From the NCBI GenBank assembly GCA_052390515.1, contig JBQTGV010000068.1:16760-80759 (forward strand): 64,000 bases of DNA, in the 5' to 3' direction. Shown one piece after another: positions 27,407 through 36,289 of the stretch (position 1 is the stretch's first letter; the number at the start of each line of letters is the position of its first letter). The notes beneath the pieces are model-generated. The model ran no database searches and was not told where the DNA came from. It worked only from the letters and a program-made list of their open reading frames with translations. Source of the stretch: Candidatus Eiseniibacteriota bacterium. GTDB taxonomy: Bacteria > ARS69. The position numbers were made by a program, and so were the translations under genes.

Positions 27407-29812
27407 CTACCCCCCCGCCGAGGGCGTCGCCTTCGCCCCCCGGGCGAGCCGGTCCAGCGCTCCGAGCAGTCCGGCGAACACCCACATCGTCAGCGCGATC
27501 TTCGGTACGCGCCAGAACTCGTTGAACGTTCCCTGGACCACGTACGTGAACATGCCCGCACAGATCGCGGCCGCGAGCCGCCGCACCTTCGGGTCCGGTG
27601 CGCGGCACAGCCGGATGCCGGTCCGCCAGAACGCGACGACGAGGAACGTCAGGATGAGGACCCCGGGCAGGCCCTGCTCCGAGGCGACCCGCAGCAGCTC
27701 GGAGTGCGTTCCGCGCCGGCCCCGGGAGAAGTCGACGTCCCGGTACTCGTCGTAAGCCATCTCGTAGGCTCCCGGACCGACGCCGGTCAGAGGGCGATCC
27801 AGGAACATGCGGCCCGCGGCCACCCAGCGGTTGATCCTCTCCACGTTCGAGGCGTACTCCGGCGACGTGCTCACGTTCCAGTAGTGCTCGAGCGACTGGC
27901 TCGCGGCGGGCGAGCGAAGGAACACGGCGACGACGAGCAGCCCCGTCAGCGCGAGCGGCACGGCGATGCGACGCAGGAAGAGGCGGCCGCGGATCACCAG
28001 CAGCAGTACCAGCAGCAGCGCGGTCGTCACCCACGCGGCCCGCGCGAACGAGATGATCGTGGCGATCGTCATCAGCATCAAGGCGACGAAGAGAGGGATC
28101 GCGTCCATGTTCCGCTTCCCCGTGATCAGGTACACGAGCGCCGGACCGAGCGCGAACCCGAGGAACGCCGTGTACGGGCCATGGTTGTACAGGAACGGTT
28201 CTCCGATGAAGAACGCGGCCCGCCCGAGCGGCACCGGAGAGCTGATCACCTGCACGATCCCGTACACCGAGAGAACGGCTCCGGAGACGACGTACACCAC
28301 GATGACGCGCTCGATCTCTTCCAGCCGGCGGATCTCGAAGAGCGGGAACAGCGCTCCGACGAGGATGAACCCGCTCACCGACACGAGCTGGAAGAGGGAG
28401 TGACGCAAGTAGACCGACGTCGTCGCGGTCACCGCCATCCAGGCGATGGCGAGCAGCATCGCCACGACCATGGGGCTGCGCTCGAGCTTCTTCGGATGGA
28501 GCAGGAGCGAGTACACCCAGGCCCCGGCGAGCAGGATGATCCCCGGCTCCGTCGGGAACTGGATCTCGAAGCCGGCCCTTTCGTTCAAGTAGTCCCAGGC
28601 CCACGGCAGCGCGATGACCAGGGCGAGCCACGCGGCACGCAGGTCCCGAGCGAGCGTGACCACGAAGCCGACTCCCAGCAGAGCGACGAGGACGAGCGGC
28701 TCTCGAGCGAAGACGAGCGCCGCGCCCGCGGCGAGCGCGGCGCCGGCCAGGCCCTCGCGCGCGCTCCAGGCCGGGGACCGGCGCAAGCCCACGGCGAGGC
28801 CGGCACCCGCGGGGACGAGCAACGCGGCCAGCAGCACCGGTGCCGTGAACCGGCGCTCCGCCCTCTCGGCCGGCACGGCGCGGTCCAGGATCCGCACTCC
28901 GAGGTCGTGCGCGGCCTGGTGCTCGACCGCGCGCACGCGCAGGCCGGCGAGGAACCTGGCCGCACGTTGCAGCTCGGCCAGGTCGTCCTCTGCCGCGCGA
29001 AGACCCGGCTCGGGCAGCAGCGCGGGGATCTCGTGCGCGGCGCGCTCCAGCTCGCGGAGCCGCGCCGACGCATCCGCGGCCTCGACCGACCCACCACCGT
29101 GCCGCCGCTCGGCCAGCGCCAGCGCGGTGCGCGCGGCGGCGATCTCGTAGGCGAGGTGCGCGGCCAGCGACTCTGCTTCGCGTCCTTGCGCAGCCTCGTC
29201 GGCGACGCCGGCTCCCACGCGGACGGCGGCGAGGTGAGCCGCGGAGCGCTCCTCCTCCCGCGCGCTCTCCCGGGAGGCCTGTTCGAGGAACTCGCGCTCG
29301 CCGCCGGCGTCCTCCCGATAGAGCTCCCGGAGCCGCTCCTCCAGCATCATCGCCAGCGCGTTGGCCAAGTCGGCGGAGAGCGCCGGGTCGTTCGTGCGGA
29401 CGCGGATCTCGAAGGGGCCGTACGGCATCGCTTCGAACGACACGCACTCCTGCAGACGCCGGACGGCGGCCTCCGTGGTGCGCTCCCGGAAGTGCCCGGT
29501 CAGGTCGAAGCGCTCGACGAGGCGACGGGCCGTCTCCGCGCTGCCGAGGACCGCCTCCCAGACCGCGAGCGGCTCGGTTTCGTCCTCGGCCGTGGGCAGC
29601 AGTGAGCGCGCCAGCCCGGAGACGGCTCCTGCGTCGGCGTAGCGGAAGTCGTCCGCGCGGCGCTCGGGGGGCAGCAGGACCGCGGTCGACTCCCACGTGC
29701 CCGGCAGGAGTCGGGTTCCCACGGCGGCGAGCACCGCGGCGAGCGCGCCGACCCGGACGATCCAGCCGGACCGGCGGAGAAGCTCACGCGCCGTCTCACG
29801 TCCCTGGGTCAA
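27407..29812 (-). CDS. Fusion of a Wzz-like polysaccharide co-polymerase (N-terminal ~360 aa) with a Wzy/WaaL O-antigen polymerase/ligase domain
   Basis: N-terminal part: TM helix (WIVRVGALAAVLAAV), coiled-coil periplasmic region, and a second TM helix (FTAPVLLAALLVPAGAGLAV). C-terminal part: about 10 TM helices with the Wzy_C-type loop NVERINRWVAAGRMFLDRPLTGVGPGAY...GTHSELLRVASEQGLPG. TTG start at 29812 with GGAGAGGG 6 nt upstream. Confidence 0.75.
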   Translation of the reverse strand: MTQGRETARELLRRSGWIVRVGALAAVLAAVGTRLLPGTWESTAVLLPPERRADDFRYADAGAVSGLARSLLPTAEDETEPLAVWEAVLGSAETARRLVERFDLTGHFRERTTEAAVRRLQECVSFEAMPYGPFEIRVRTNDPALSADLANALAMMLEERLRELYREDAGGEREFLEQASRESAREEERSAAHLAAVRVGAGVADEAAQGREAESLAAHLAYEIAAARTALALAERRHGGGSVEAADASARLRELERAAHEIPALLPEPGLRAAEDDLAELQRAARFLAGLRVRAVEHQAAHDLGVRILDRAVPAERAERRFTAPVLLAALLVPAGAGLAVGLRRSPAWSAREGLAGAALAAGAALVFAREPLVLVALLGVGFVVTLARDLRAAWLALVIALPWAWDYLNERAGFEIQFPTEPGIILLAGAWVYSLLLHPKKLERSPMVVAMLLAIAWMAVTATTSVYLRHSLFQLVSVSGFILVGALFPLFEIRRLEEIERVIVVYVVSGAVLSVYGIVQVISSPVPLGRAAFFIGEPFLYNHGPYTAFLGFALGPALVYLITGKRNMDAIPLFVALMLMTIATIISFARAAWVTTALLLVLLLVIRGRLFLRRIAVPLALTGLLVVAVFLRSPAASQSLEHYWNVSTSPEYASNVERINRWVAAGRMFLDRPLTGVGPGAYEMAYDEYRDVDFSRGRRGTHSELLRVASEQGLPGVLILTFLVVAFWRTGIRLCRAPDPKVRRLAAAICAGMFTYVVQGTFNEFWRVPKIALTMWVFAGLLGALDRLARGAKATPSAGG

Positions 29813-29985
29813 AATTCGCCCTCTCCGCAGTCTGCCCGAGGAAGATCCGGGACCGGCCCGCCTCTTGGCAATGCCCTTCCCGGGCCTCGCCTTCGCCCCC
29901 GGCTGTCGCGGAATCGCCGGTTTGATACACTGTTACGGATCCCGGACGGGCGAACCTGTCCGGCCACCGTCCCCGGGGCGAGGTC

Positions 29986-31629
29986 ATGACGACAATCACG
30001 AAGTGGACGCGAGCGGCTCGCGGGGCCGCGGTCGCGCTCGTCGCCGCGGGAGCCGTCCCGACGGCCGGAGCAGCCATCCTGCGGGTGCCCGACGACCACA
30101 CGACGATCCAGAGCGCGGTCGCCGCCGCCGTCCCCGGCCAGGACGAGATCTGGGTGTCGGCGGCGGGGTCGCCGTACGTCCTCCCGTCGACGCTGATTCT
30201 CGTCGGCGGAGTGGACTACCGAGGAGGCTGGGATGCGCTCTTCCTGAGTCAGGACGCATCGCGGACCCGCATCCATCTCGCCCAGGATTCCACCGGCAGC
30301 GCGGTCGACGCCGCGCTTCTCGGCGCCGGGGATCTCTTTTCTCACTTCACCGTCGGGCCGCCGGTCAAGCCGGCCACGTTCACCACGGTGAACGGCGCGG
30401 GCATGTTCATCGGTTCCGGCTCACCGACCATCGCGAACTGCGTGTTCGAGAACAACGTGTCCCGGGACGCCGGAGGAGCCATCCAGATCGCCGCCGGCTC
30501 GGCCGCCTACATCCTCGACTGCACGTTCGACTCGAACGAGACCGGGCTCGTGGCCGGCGGCGGGCGCGGCGGCGCGATCTCCGTGGCGTCCGGATCCAAC
30601 GGAGTGCGCATCGAGCTCTGCCGCTTCACCGGCAACTGGTCCGACCGCGCCTCGGTCACGCTCTCCGCGGCGGGCGGCGCGCTCTTCACGCGGTCCGGGA
30701 TCCGGCTGGAGCGGTGCAAGTTCGAGGACAACTACTCCGGCTTCCACGGCGGCGCGCTGTTCGTCGTCGACGCGGACCTTCGCGCGTGGGGCAACCTCTT
30801 CTACGCCGACTCGGCGGCGCGCCACGGCGGCGCCATCTACCACCAGAACGGCAGCGGCGAGCACAACGGCTCCCTCATCGAAGACTGCGTCGCCGGAGCG
30901 GGAACGGGCGAGATCGGGAACGGCGGCGGCATTTACTTCGAGCGCGGCTCGAACCGATTCCTCGACGGATACGTGCGGCGGTGCACGGCGACCCAGGGCA
31001 ACGGTTTCTCCGACGGTGTCGGCGGGGCCTTCTACTTCTTCGAGCCGCTGGCCGGTTCCGCGGTCCGCCGCACGGAGATCAGCGGGAACCGGGCCCAGGT
31101 CGGGGGCGCAGTCGGGGTGCAGGGCACCACGACGGTCACCTTCTCGGACGCTGCCCTGGAGGCGAACACGATCGTCGCGAACTACGCGGCCATCGGAGAC
31201 GCGGCGCGCTACGGAGGCGGCGGCGTGCACATCTTCGCCGACTTCATCGGAGAGATCGTCGACAACATCATCGCCGAGCAGGAGAACGGTGCCGGCATCT
31301 CCTGCGAGGGGCTGCTGGCTTCGCCGAACATCCGCTTCAACTGCGTCTGGAACGGCCCCTCCAACTCGGATCCGGAGTACGGACAGGACTGCGTGGATCG
31401 GACGAACATCAACGGCAACATCCGCTCGAATCCGCTGCTGTGCTGCTTCTCGGGCGGGTGCGTTCCCGCCGGATCGCCGCCTCCCGACTTGCAGCTGAGC
31501 GCGGCGTCCCCATGCCTCGGAGCGGGCGAGGGCGGCGTGGACATGGGCAAGTACGGGTCGACGAACTGCACGACCCCGGTATCCCTCGAGCCCGCGTCGT
31601 GGGGGGCGATCAAGGCTCTCTACCGTTGA
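29986..31629 (+). CDS. Secreted right-handed parallel beta-helix repeat protein
   Basis: Signal peptide (AAVALVAAGAVPTAGAA). Repeated GGA(I/L/F) turns (DAGGAIQI, RGGAISV, AGGALFT, HGGALFV, HGGAIYH, NGGGIYF, VGGAFYF, VGGAVGV, GGGGVHI). Cys-rich C-terminal part ending SWGAIKALYR. Confidence 0.75.
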   Translation: MTTITKWTRAARGAAVALVAAGAVPTAGAAILRVPDDHTTIQSAVAAAVPGQDEIWVSAAGSPYVLPSTLILVGGVDYRGGWDALFLSQDASRTRIHLAQDSTGSAVDAALLGAGDLFSHFTVGPPVKPATFTTVNGAGMFIGSGSPTIANCVFENNVSRDAGGAIQIAAGSAAYILDCTFDSNETGLVAGGGRGGAISVASGSNGVRIELCRFTGNWSDRASVTLSAAGGALFTRSGIRLERCKFEDNYSGFHGGALFVVDADLRAWGNLFYADSAARHGGAIYHQNGSGEHNGSLIEDCVAGAGTGEIGNGGGIYFERGSNRFLDGYVRRCTATQGNGFSDGVGGAFYFFEPLAGSAVRRTEISGNRAQVGGAVGVQGTTTVTFSDAALEANTIVANYAAIGDAARYGGGGVHIFADFIGEIVDNIIAEQENGAGISCEGLLASPNIRFNCVWNGPSNSDPEYGQDCVDRTNINGNIRSNPLLCCFSGGCVPAGSPPPDLQLSAASPCLGAGEGGVDMGKYGSTNCTTPVSLEPASWGAIKALYR

Positions 31630-33533
31630 AGGCGGCGCCGCGGGAATCGTCCGGCGCCCTCCCGCGCACGATCCCTGGTGCGGCGCAGGGCGCCGCCGCT
31701 CTCGCCGCCGTCGCGCTGCTGGAGATCGCCGGGCATGCGCGCTCCGCGCCTGCGCTTCTGTCTCCGCTGCGCGACCTCTCGCTCGTGGCGTCCGCCGGCG
31801 CGTTGCTCGGGGCCTTCCTGGGGCTCCTCCGGGGCGCCCGCCCGCTCGCCTTCCTCTCCCCCTTCGGGGTCGCGCTCGGCGCCGGGATCGCGCTGCACTT
31901 CTGGCTGCGCACCGTCTCCGGGGCCGGCGTCCTGGAGGGCGGAGGCTCGCGCGACGCCCTGCGCGGAGCGGCCGGGCTCGCCGCTGGTGCAGTCCTCGGC
32001 CAGCTCCTCGGCTTCGCTCTGGGGCGAACGCGCGCGCTTCGCCCCCCGCCCGCCGGCATCTCGATCGCCTTCGTCGTGCTGCTGTCGCTGCCCGCGCTCC
32101 TCCCCGCCCCGAGGCCGCAGCTCGACGAGTCCCGGAAGAACCTGCTGCTGCTGTCGATCGACACGCTGCGTGCCGATCGCCTCGGCGCGTCGGGGCATCC
32201 GGACGGCCTGAGCCCGCATCTCGACCGCCTGGCCAGGACCGCGACGACGCACGTCGGTGCGGTGACCCCGCTGCCGCGCACGCTGCCGTCCATGTCCTCG
32301 GTGATGACCGGACTGCCTCCGCACTCGCACGGCGTGCGTGACAACTTCCACTACGCGCTCGGCGAGAGGGCGGAGACGCTCGCCGAGGACCTTGCGCGCC
32401 GCGGCTGGGCCACCGCGGCGGTGAACTCGAATCCGGTCCTGTCCCACGACAGCGGCATCTTCCAGGGGTTCGCCTCCGCCAACGACCGCGGCGACGACTG
32501 GTCGCGCCTGGGACTCGTCCGCGGAGCGTCGCGCATCGCCACGCTTCTGGCCATGCGCCGCGGCGATCGGGACGCCGTCATCACCGAGCTCGCCTTGTCC
32601 TGGTTGGCGCGCCGTCCCTCCGGACGGCCCTTCTTCCTCTGGGTCCACTGGCTCGCGCCGCACATGCCGTACGAGCCGTCGTTCCCCGACGATCGCCGCT
32701 TCGATCCGGCGTACGAAGGCGCGCATCTCCGCGCGCTCGACTATGGCGGCATCTCCAAGGGAGACATGACCTACCGCAACCCGCTGTCCCCGCGCGAGCG
32801 CGAGCATGCCGTCCGGCTCTACGACGGGGAGGTCGCGACGGCCGACCGGGCCGTGGGACGGCTGCTTCGCTCGGTGGAGCGCGACCGGCTGCTCGACGAC
32901 ACGGTCGTCGTGCTGGTTGCCGACCACGGCGAGAGCCTCCTCGAACACGGGTACTTCTTCAACCACGGCGATTTCGTCTACGGGCCCGCGGCGCACGTCC
33001 CGCTCGTCGTGCGGGACCCGCTCGCTCCGGCCCCGATCCTCGACACCGCTCCGGCCTCCCTGAACGACGTGCGCGGGATGATCGCGGCGAAGCTGGAGGA
33101 CGTCCCCGCGCCACCGCGCCCGGACGCACTCTTCTGCGAGTCGGACTTCTGTCGCTTCCCCGACCTGAACGACCGGCTCGGGCTCCTCCTCCCCCTGGAG
33201 GTCGCGCAGGACACCGGTCCGATTCCGGACTGGAAGGAGCGCTGGGAGGAGCAGGCCATCCGGGCGAAGCAGCGCTTCGTGCAGCGCGAAGGGTGGCGAC
33301 TGGTCCGCTCGCCCCGGAAGGACGGCGACGCGCACGAGCTCTTCGACCTGGCCCGCGATCCGGGCGAGACCACGAACGTCGCCGGGGAGAACCCGGAGCG
33401 GTTGGCCGAGCTCGCGCTCCTGCTGGACCGCTGGATCTCGGCGGGCGAGGAGGCCGACGACACCGGTGAGGTGCGCGCGCCGGACGAGGACACGCAGGAG
33501 CAGATGCGCGCTCTCGGTTACGTGGGCCGCTGA
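31626..33533 (+). CDS. Membrane-anchored sulfatase-fold (alkaline-phosphatase superfamily) hydrolase/transferase with a Thr nucleophile
   Basis: About 5 N-terminal TM helices, then LLLLSIDTLRADRLG, PLPRTLPSMSSVMTGLPPHSHG (Thr where sulfatases have Cys/Ser), and VVLVADHGESL. TTG 31626 overlaps the upstream stop (TTGA). Confidence 0.75.
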   Translation: MKAAPRESSGALPRTIPGAAQGAAALAAVALLEIAGHARSAPALLSPLRDLSLVASAGALLGAFLGLLRGARPLAFLSPFGVALGAGIALHFWLRTVSGAGVLEGGGSRDALRGAAGLAAGAVLGQLLGFALGRTRALRPPPAGISIAFVVLLSLPALLPAPRPQLDESRKNLLLLSIDTLRADRLGASGHPDGLSPHLDRLARTATTHVGAVTPLPRTLPSMSSVMTGLPPHSHGVRDNFHYALGERAETLAEDLARRGWATAAVNSNPVLSHDSGIFQGFASANDRGDDWSRLGLVRGASRIATLLAMRRGDRDAVITELALSWLARRPSGRPFFLWVHWLAPHMPYEPSFPDDRRFDPAYEGAHLRALDYGGISKGDMTYRNPLSPREREHAVRLYDGEVATADRAVGRLLRSVERDRLLDDTVVVLVADHGESLLEHGYFFNHGDFVYGPAAHVPLVVRDPLAPAPILDTAPASLNDVRGMIAAKLEDVPAPPRPDALFCESDFCRFPDLNDRLGLLLPLEVAQDTGPIPDWKERWEEQAIRAKQRFVQREGWRLVRSPRKDGDAHELFDLARDPGETTNVAGENPERLAELALLLDRWISAGEEADDTGEVRAPDEDTQEQMRALGYVGR

Positions 33534-34723
33534 TCCCGCGCGGCCACGAGCGTGCGCGCGCGGGCCAGAGCCGCGGCTCCGAACCGCGCGACGATGGAGT
33601 CCTCCGCCTCGTCGAGCCGGTCCCTGCGCGCCAAGTCCTCGGGCCCGCCGGTAGTGGCCCCACCGAAGAGCTCCAGCTGGGGTGCGTCCACGAGCCCCGC
33701 CAGCCCCACGCCGAGCAGGCGCACCGCCGAGCCGCGACGGTCGACGCCCCGGAAGAGGTCGGCGGCGGCCCGGAAGAGCGTGGTCGCCGAGCTGGTGGGC
33801 GCGGCGAGCGTCCTCGACCGCGAGAGCGTGGTGAAGTCGGCCAGGCGCACCTTGAGCTGCACGGTGCGCCCCGCAAAGCCCGCGCGGCGCGCCCTTCGCG
33901 CCACGGACTCGGCCAGCGCCAGCAGCACGCCCTCGAGCACGCCCGCGTCCCCGACGTCCTGGGGGAAGGTCGTCTCGCGGGAGAGGCTGCGGGCGCGCGC
34001 ATCGGGAACGACGGGCCGGTCGTCCCGGCCCTCGGCCAGCGCGATCCACCTCTCCGCGGCGCCACCCAGCGCGTGCGACAGGCGGGCCGGATCCGCGGCG
34101 GCGAGCGCCGCCATCGTGCGGACGCCCAGCCGCTGCAGCGCCGCCCGCGTCGCCGGGCCCACGCCCCACATGCGATCGAGGGGCAGCGACTGCACGAAAC
34201 GGCGGGCGTCGTCCGGCGGCACCACGACGAGTCCGTCCGGCTTGGCGTGCGCCGAGGCGAGCTTCGCCACGAACTTGGAGTCGGCGAGGCCGACCGACGC
34301 GGTGAGCGCGAGCTCCTTGCGGATCCTACGGCGAAGCGCCACTCCGATCTCGCGTGGCTCTCCCAGTAGCCGCCGTGTTCCGGTCAGATCCAGGAACGCT
34401 TCGTCGAGTGAGAGGGGCTCGACCGCCGGCGAGAACTCCGCGAAGACGCGCCGCAGCGTCCGCGACGCGGTCGTGTACTTCGCGTGGTCTCCGTGGATGA
34501 CGACGAGGCCCGGGCACCGGCGAACGGCCTGGGCCATCGGCATCGCGGAGCGGACCCCGAAGCGTCGCGCCTCGTAGGATGCGGAGGACACGACGCCGCG
34601 CCGGTCCGCGGCGCCGCCCACCGCCACGGGCTTTCCCGCGAGAGACGGATCGTCGCGCACCTCCACCGACGCGTAGAACGCGTCCATGTCCACGTGCGCG
34701 ATGACCCGGGTCCAATCCACCAC
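33518..34723 (-). CDS. dinB: DNA polymerase IV (Y-family)
   Basis: VIAHVDMDAFYASVEVRDDPSLAGKPVAVGG, SYEARRFGVRSAMP, PLSLDEAFLD, LTASVGLADSKFVAKLAS, LPLDRMWGVGPAT. GTG 34723 lies 14 nt after the upstream stop. Confidence 0.9.
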   Translation of the reverse strand: MVDWTRVIAHVDMDAFYASVEVRDDPSLAGKPVAVGGAADRRGVVSSASYEARRFGVRSAMPMAQAVRRCPGLVVIHGDHAKYTTASRTLRRVFAEFSPAVEPLSLDEAFLDLTGTRRLLGEPREIGVALRRRIRKELALTASVGLADSKFVAKLASAHAKPDGLVVVPPDDARRFVQSLPLDRMWGVGPATRAALQRLGVRTMAALAAADPARLSHALGGAAERWIALAEGRDDRPVVPDARARSLSRETTFPQDVGDAGVLEGVLLALAESVARRARRAGFAGRTVQLKVRLADFTTLSRSRTLAAPTSSATTLFRAAADLFRGVDRRGSAVRLLGVGLAGLVDAPQLELFGGATTGGPEDLARRDRLDEAEDSIVARFGAAALARARTLVAARDQRPT

Positions 34724-34737
34724 GGTTCCGTCGCCGG

Positions 34738-36153
34738 TCAGTGCTCGATCATCCGCCAGTACACTTCCGGATCGAAGTCCGGACTGTTCTCCGCATCGTG
34801 GCAGCCCCGGCAGCTGTTCATCAGCAGTGCCGCGCCGTAGCTGCCGTCGCGGGCGTGGGTGGTGCCCTTGCCGTGGCATACCTCGCACTGCACGTTGACC
34901 AGTGCCGGCGAACCCTGAGCGTGCGGGCTGTACCCGGCTGGATCGCCATGGCCGGTCACGTGGCAGCCGAAGCACTCCGGCAGCGCCTCCGTCCCGGCGA
35001 TCTCCAGCGTCTGGAAGGCGCTGGAGTGCGGCGTCTCCAGCCAGAGCCCGTACTCGCGCTCGTGGCATCCTGCGCAGCTCTCCGCTCCCACGTACCAGTG
35101 GCCGTCCGCGGCGCGCCGTTCCTGTGCCTTCGCCACGGCCTGCTCCTTCATCAAGTCGTTCAGATTCCGCTGGAACACGTCGACGAGCTCCGCCGTGTCG
35201 GGATCCTCGGCGGTGTCCCGATCGAGGACCGCCTCCTCCGCGGCGATTCCGAGCACGTCGCCGTTCTCGACGGCCACCTGCGCGACCCCGAGCGCCTGGC
35301 CGCGGTCCCCCGCGACGACGTACACGGCACCCCCGTGCTCGGCGAGCGTCCGGCCGCGCCCCATCGCGGCGGAACCGACGACGACGACGTCGACCTGGCC
35401 GGCCAGGTCCTCGCCGAGGGCCTGCGCCGCCTCGAGCGGCATGTGGGCGAGTAGCACGACGAGATCCGCGTCCCGCCGCAGGCGCGCGAGCACCGGCTCC
35501 AGCGACGGGACCGACTCGGCGAAGTCCACCTCCGCGGTGTGCGTCGTATCCGCGGGCGGCTTGCGCGTGACCGCGGTGATCCCCACGCGAATGCCGGCGC
35601 GCTCGACGATCCTCGAGGAGGGCAGCAGCAGAGATCCGCCCGCCGCGCGCAGGTTCGCGGAGACGAAGATCCCGTCTGGGGCCGCCAGGGACCGGAGGAT
35701 CTCCGCGGGCAGACGAAGGTCCTCTTCGCCGAGCGTGGCGGCATCGTAGCCCTGACGCTTCATCACTTCGACGAGGAAAAGGGCGCGCGCCTCCCAGGTC
35801 GCCGACTGGTTGCCGGTGAAGCCACCGGCGTCCACCAGGACGACCTCGCCCTCGTCACGGTACGCGGCGATCCGACTGGCCCGCCGGGCCAGTCCCCCTC
35901 GGGGGCTTCGGTGTCAGCCGCAGGGCGTCGTCTCGCCCATCACGGACTGCGAGGACAACACCACCAGTTCGGGGCGGCGTCCGTCTTCGAACAAGTCCGT
36001 CGCCGGGGGACGGTCGATCTCCTCGAGGAGCGTCCCGATTTCGCGCTCGAGCGCGGCCTTCGCCGAGTCGGCGTCCGCTCCGGCGCCCAGCTCCGCGGGA
36101 GCGGCTCCGGCCAACGCGAAGGACGCGACCACGACGCGAAGCGGGACGTGCAT
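34738..36153 (-). CDS. Exported tetrahaem c-type cytochrome with a metallophosphatase-like N-terminal domain. One in-frame TGA at 35916-35914 (candidate selenocysteine, otherwise a pseudogene)
   Basis: ATG 36153 with SD GGAGGTGG. Signal peptide MHVPLRVVVASFALAGAAPA. The frame runs continuously through the TGA (…GETTPCG-TGA-HRSPRGGLARRASRIAAY…). Four CXXCH motifs are present (CAGCH, CFGCH, CEVCH, CRGCH). Confidence 0.6.
35870..35916 (-). other. Candidate SECIS-like structure immediately 3' of the in-frame UGA
   Basis: RNA: UGA CACCGAAG CCCCC GA GGGGG A CUGGCCC GGC GGGCCAG. The perfect 7-bp stem (35876-35892) has its apical loop 28 nt after the UGA. Not folded computationally. Confidence 0.35.
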
Positions 36154-36289
36154 GAACCACCTCCGTGACACCGAACGCGGCAACCCACAGATCGGCGCGG
36201 GGTTCCGCCTCGTCGAGCGACCGATTCTAGCAAACGCGGATTCGGTTCGTCTTGTACACGCGCTTGACACGGGGACCGCCGCGGTGCTC

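Noticed and set aside
35914-35916. Global reassignment of UGA (genetic code 4 or 25) as the explanation for the in-frame TGA in the cytochrome gene.
   Set aside because: TGA terminates many well-supported genes here, including the ATGA, GTGA and TTGA coupled pairs (for example 6371-6373, 10100-10102, 38188-40106 and 52749-52751). UGA is therefore a normal stop in this genome.
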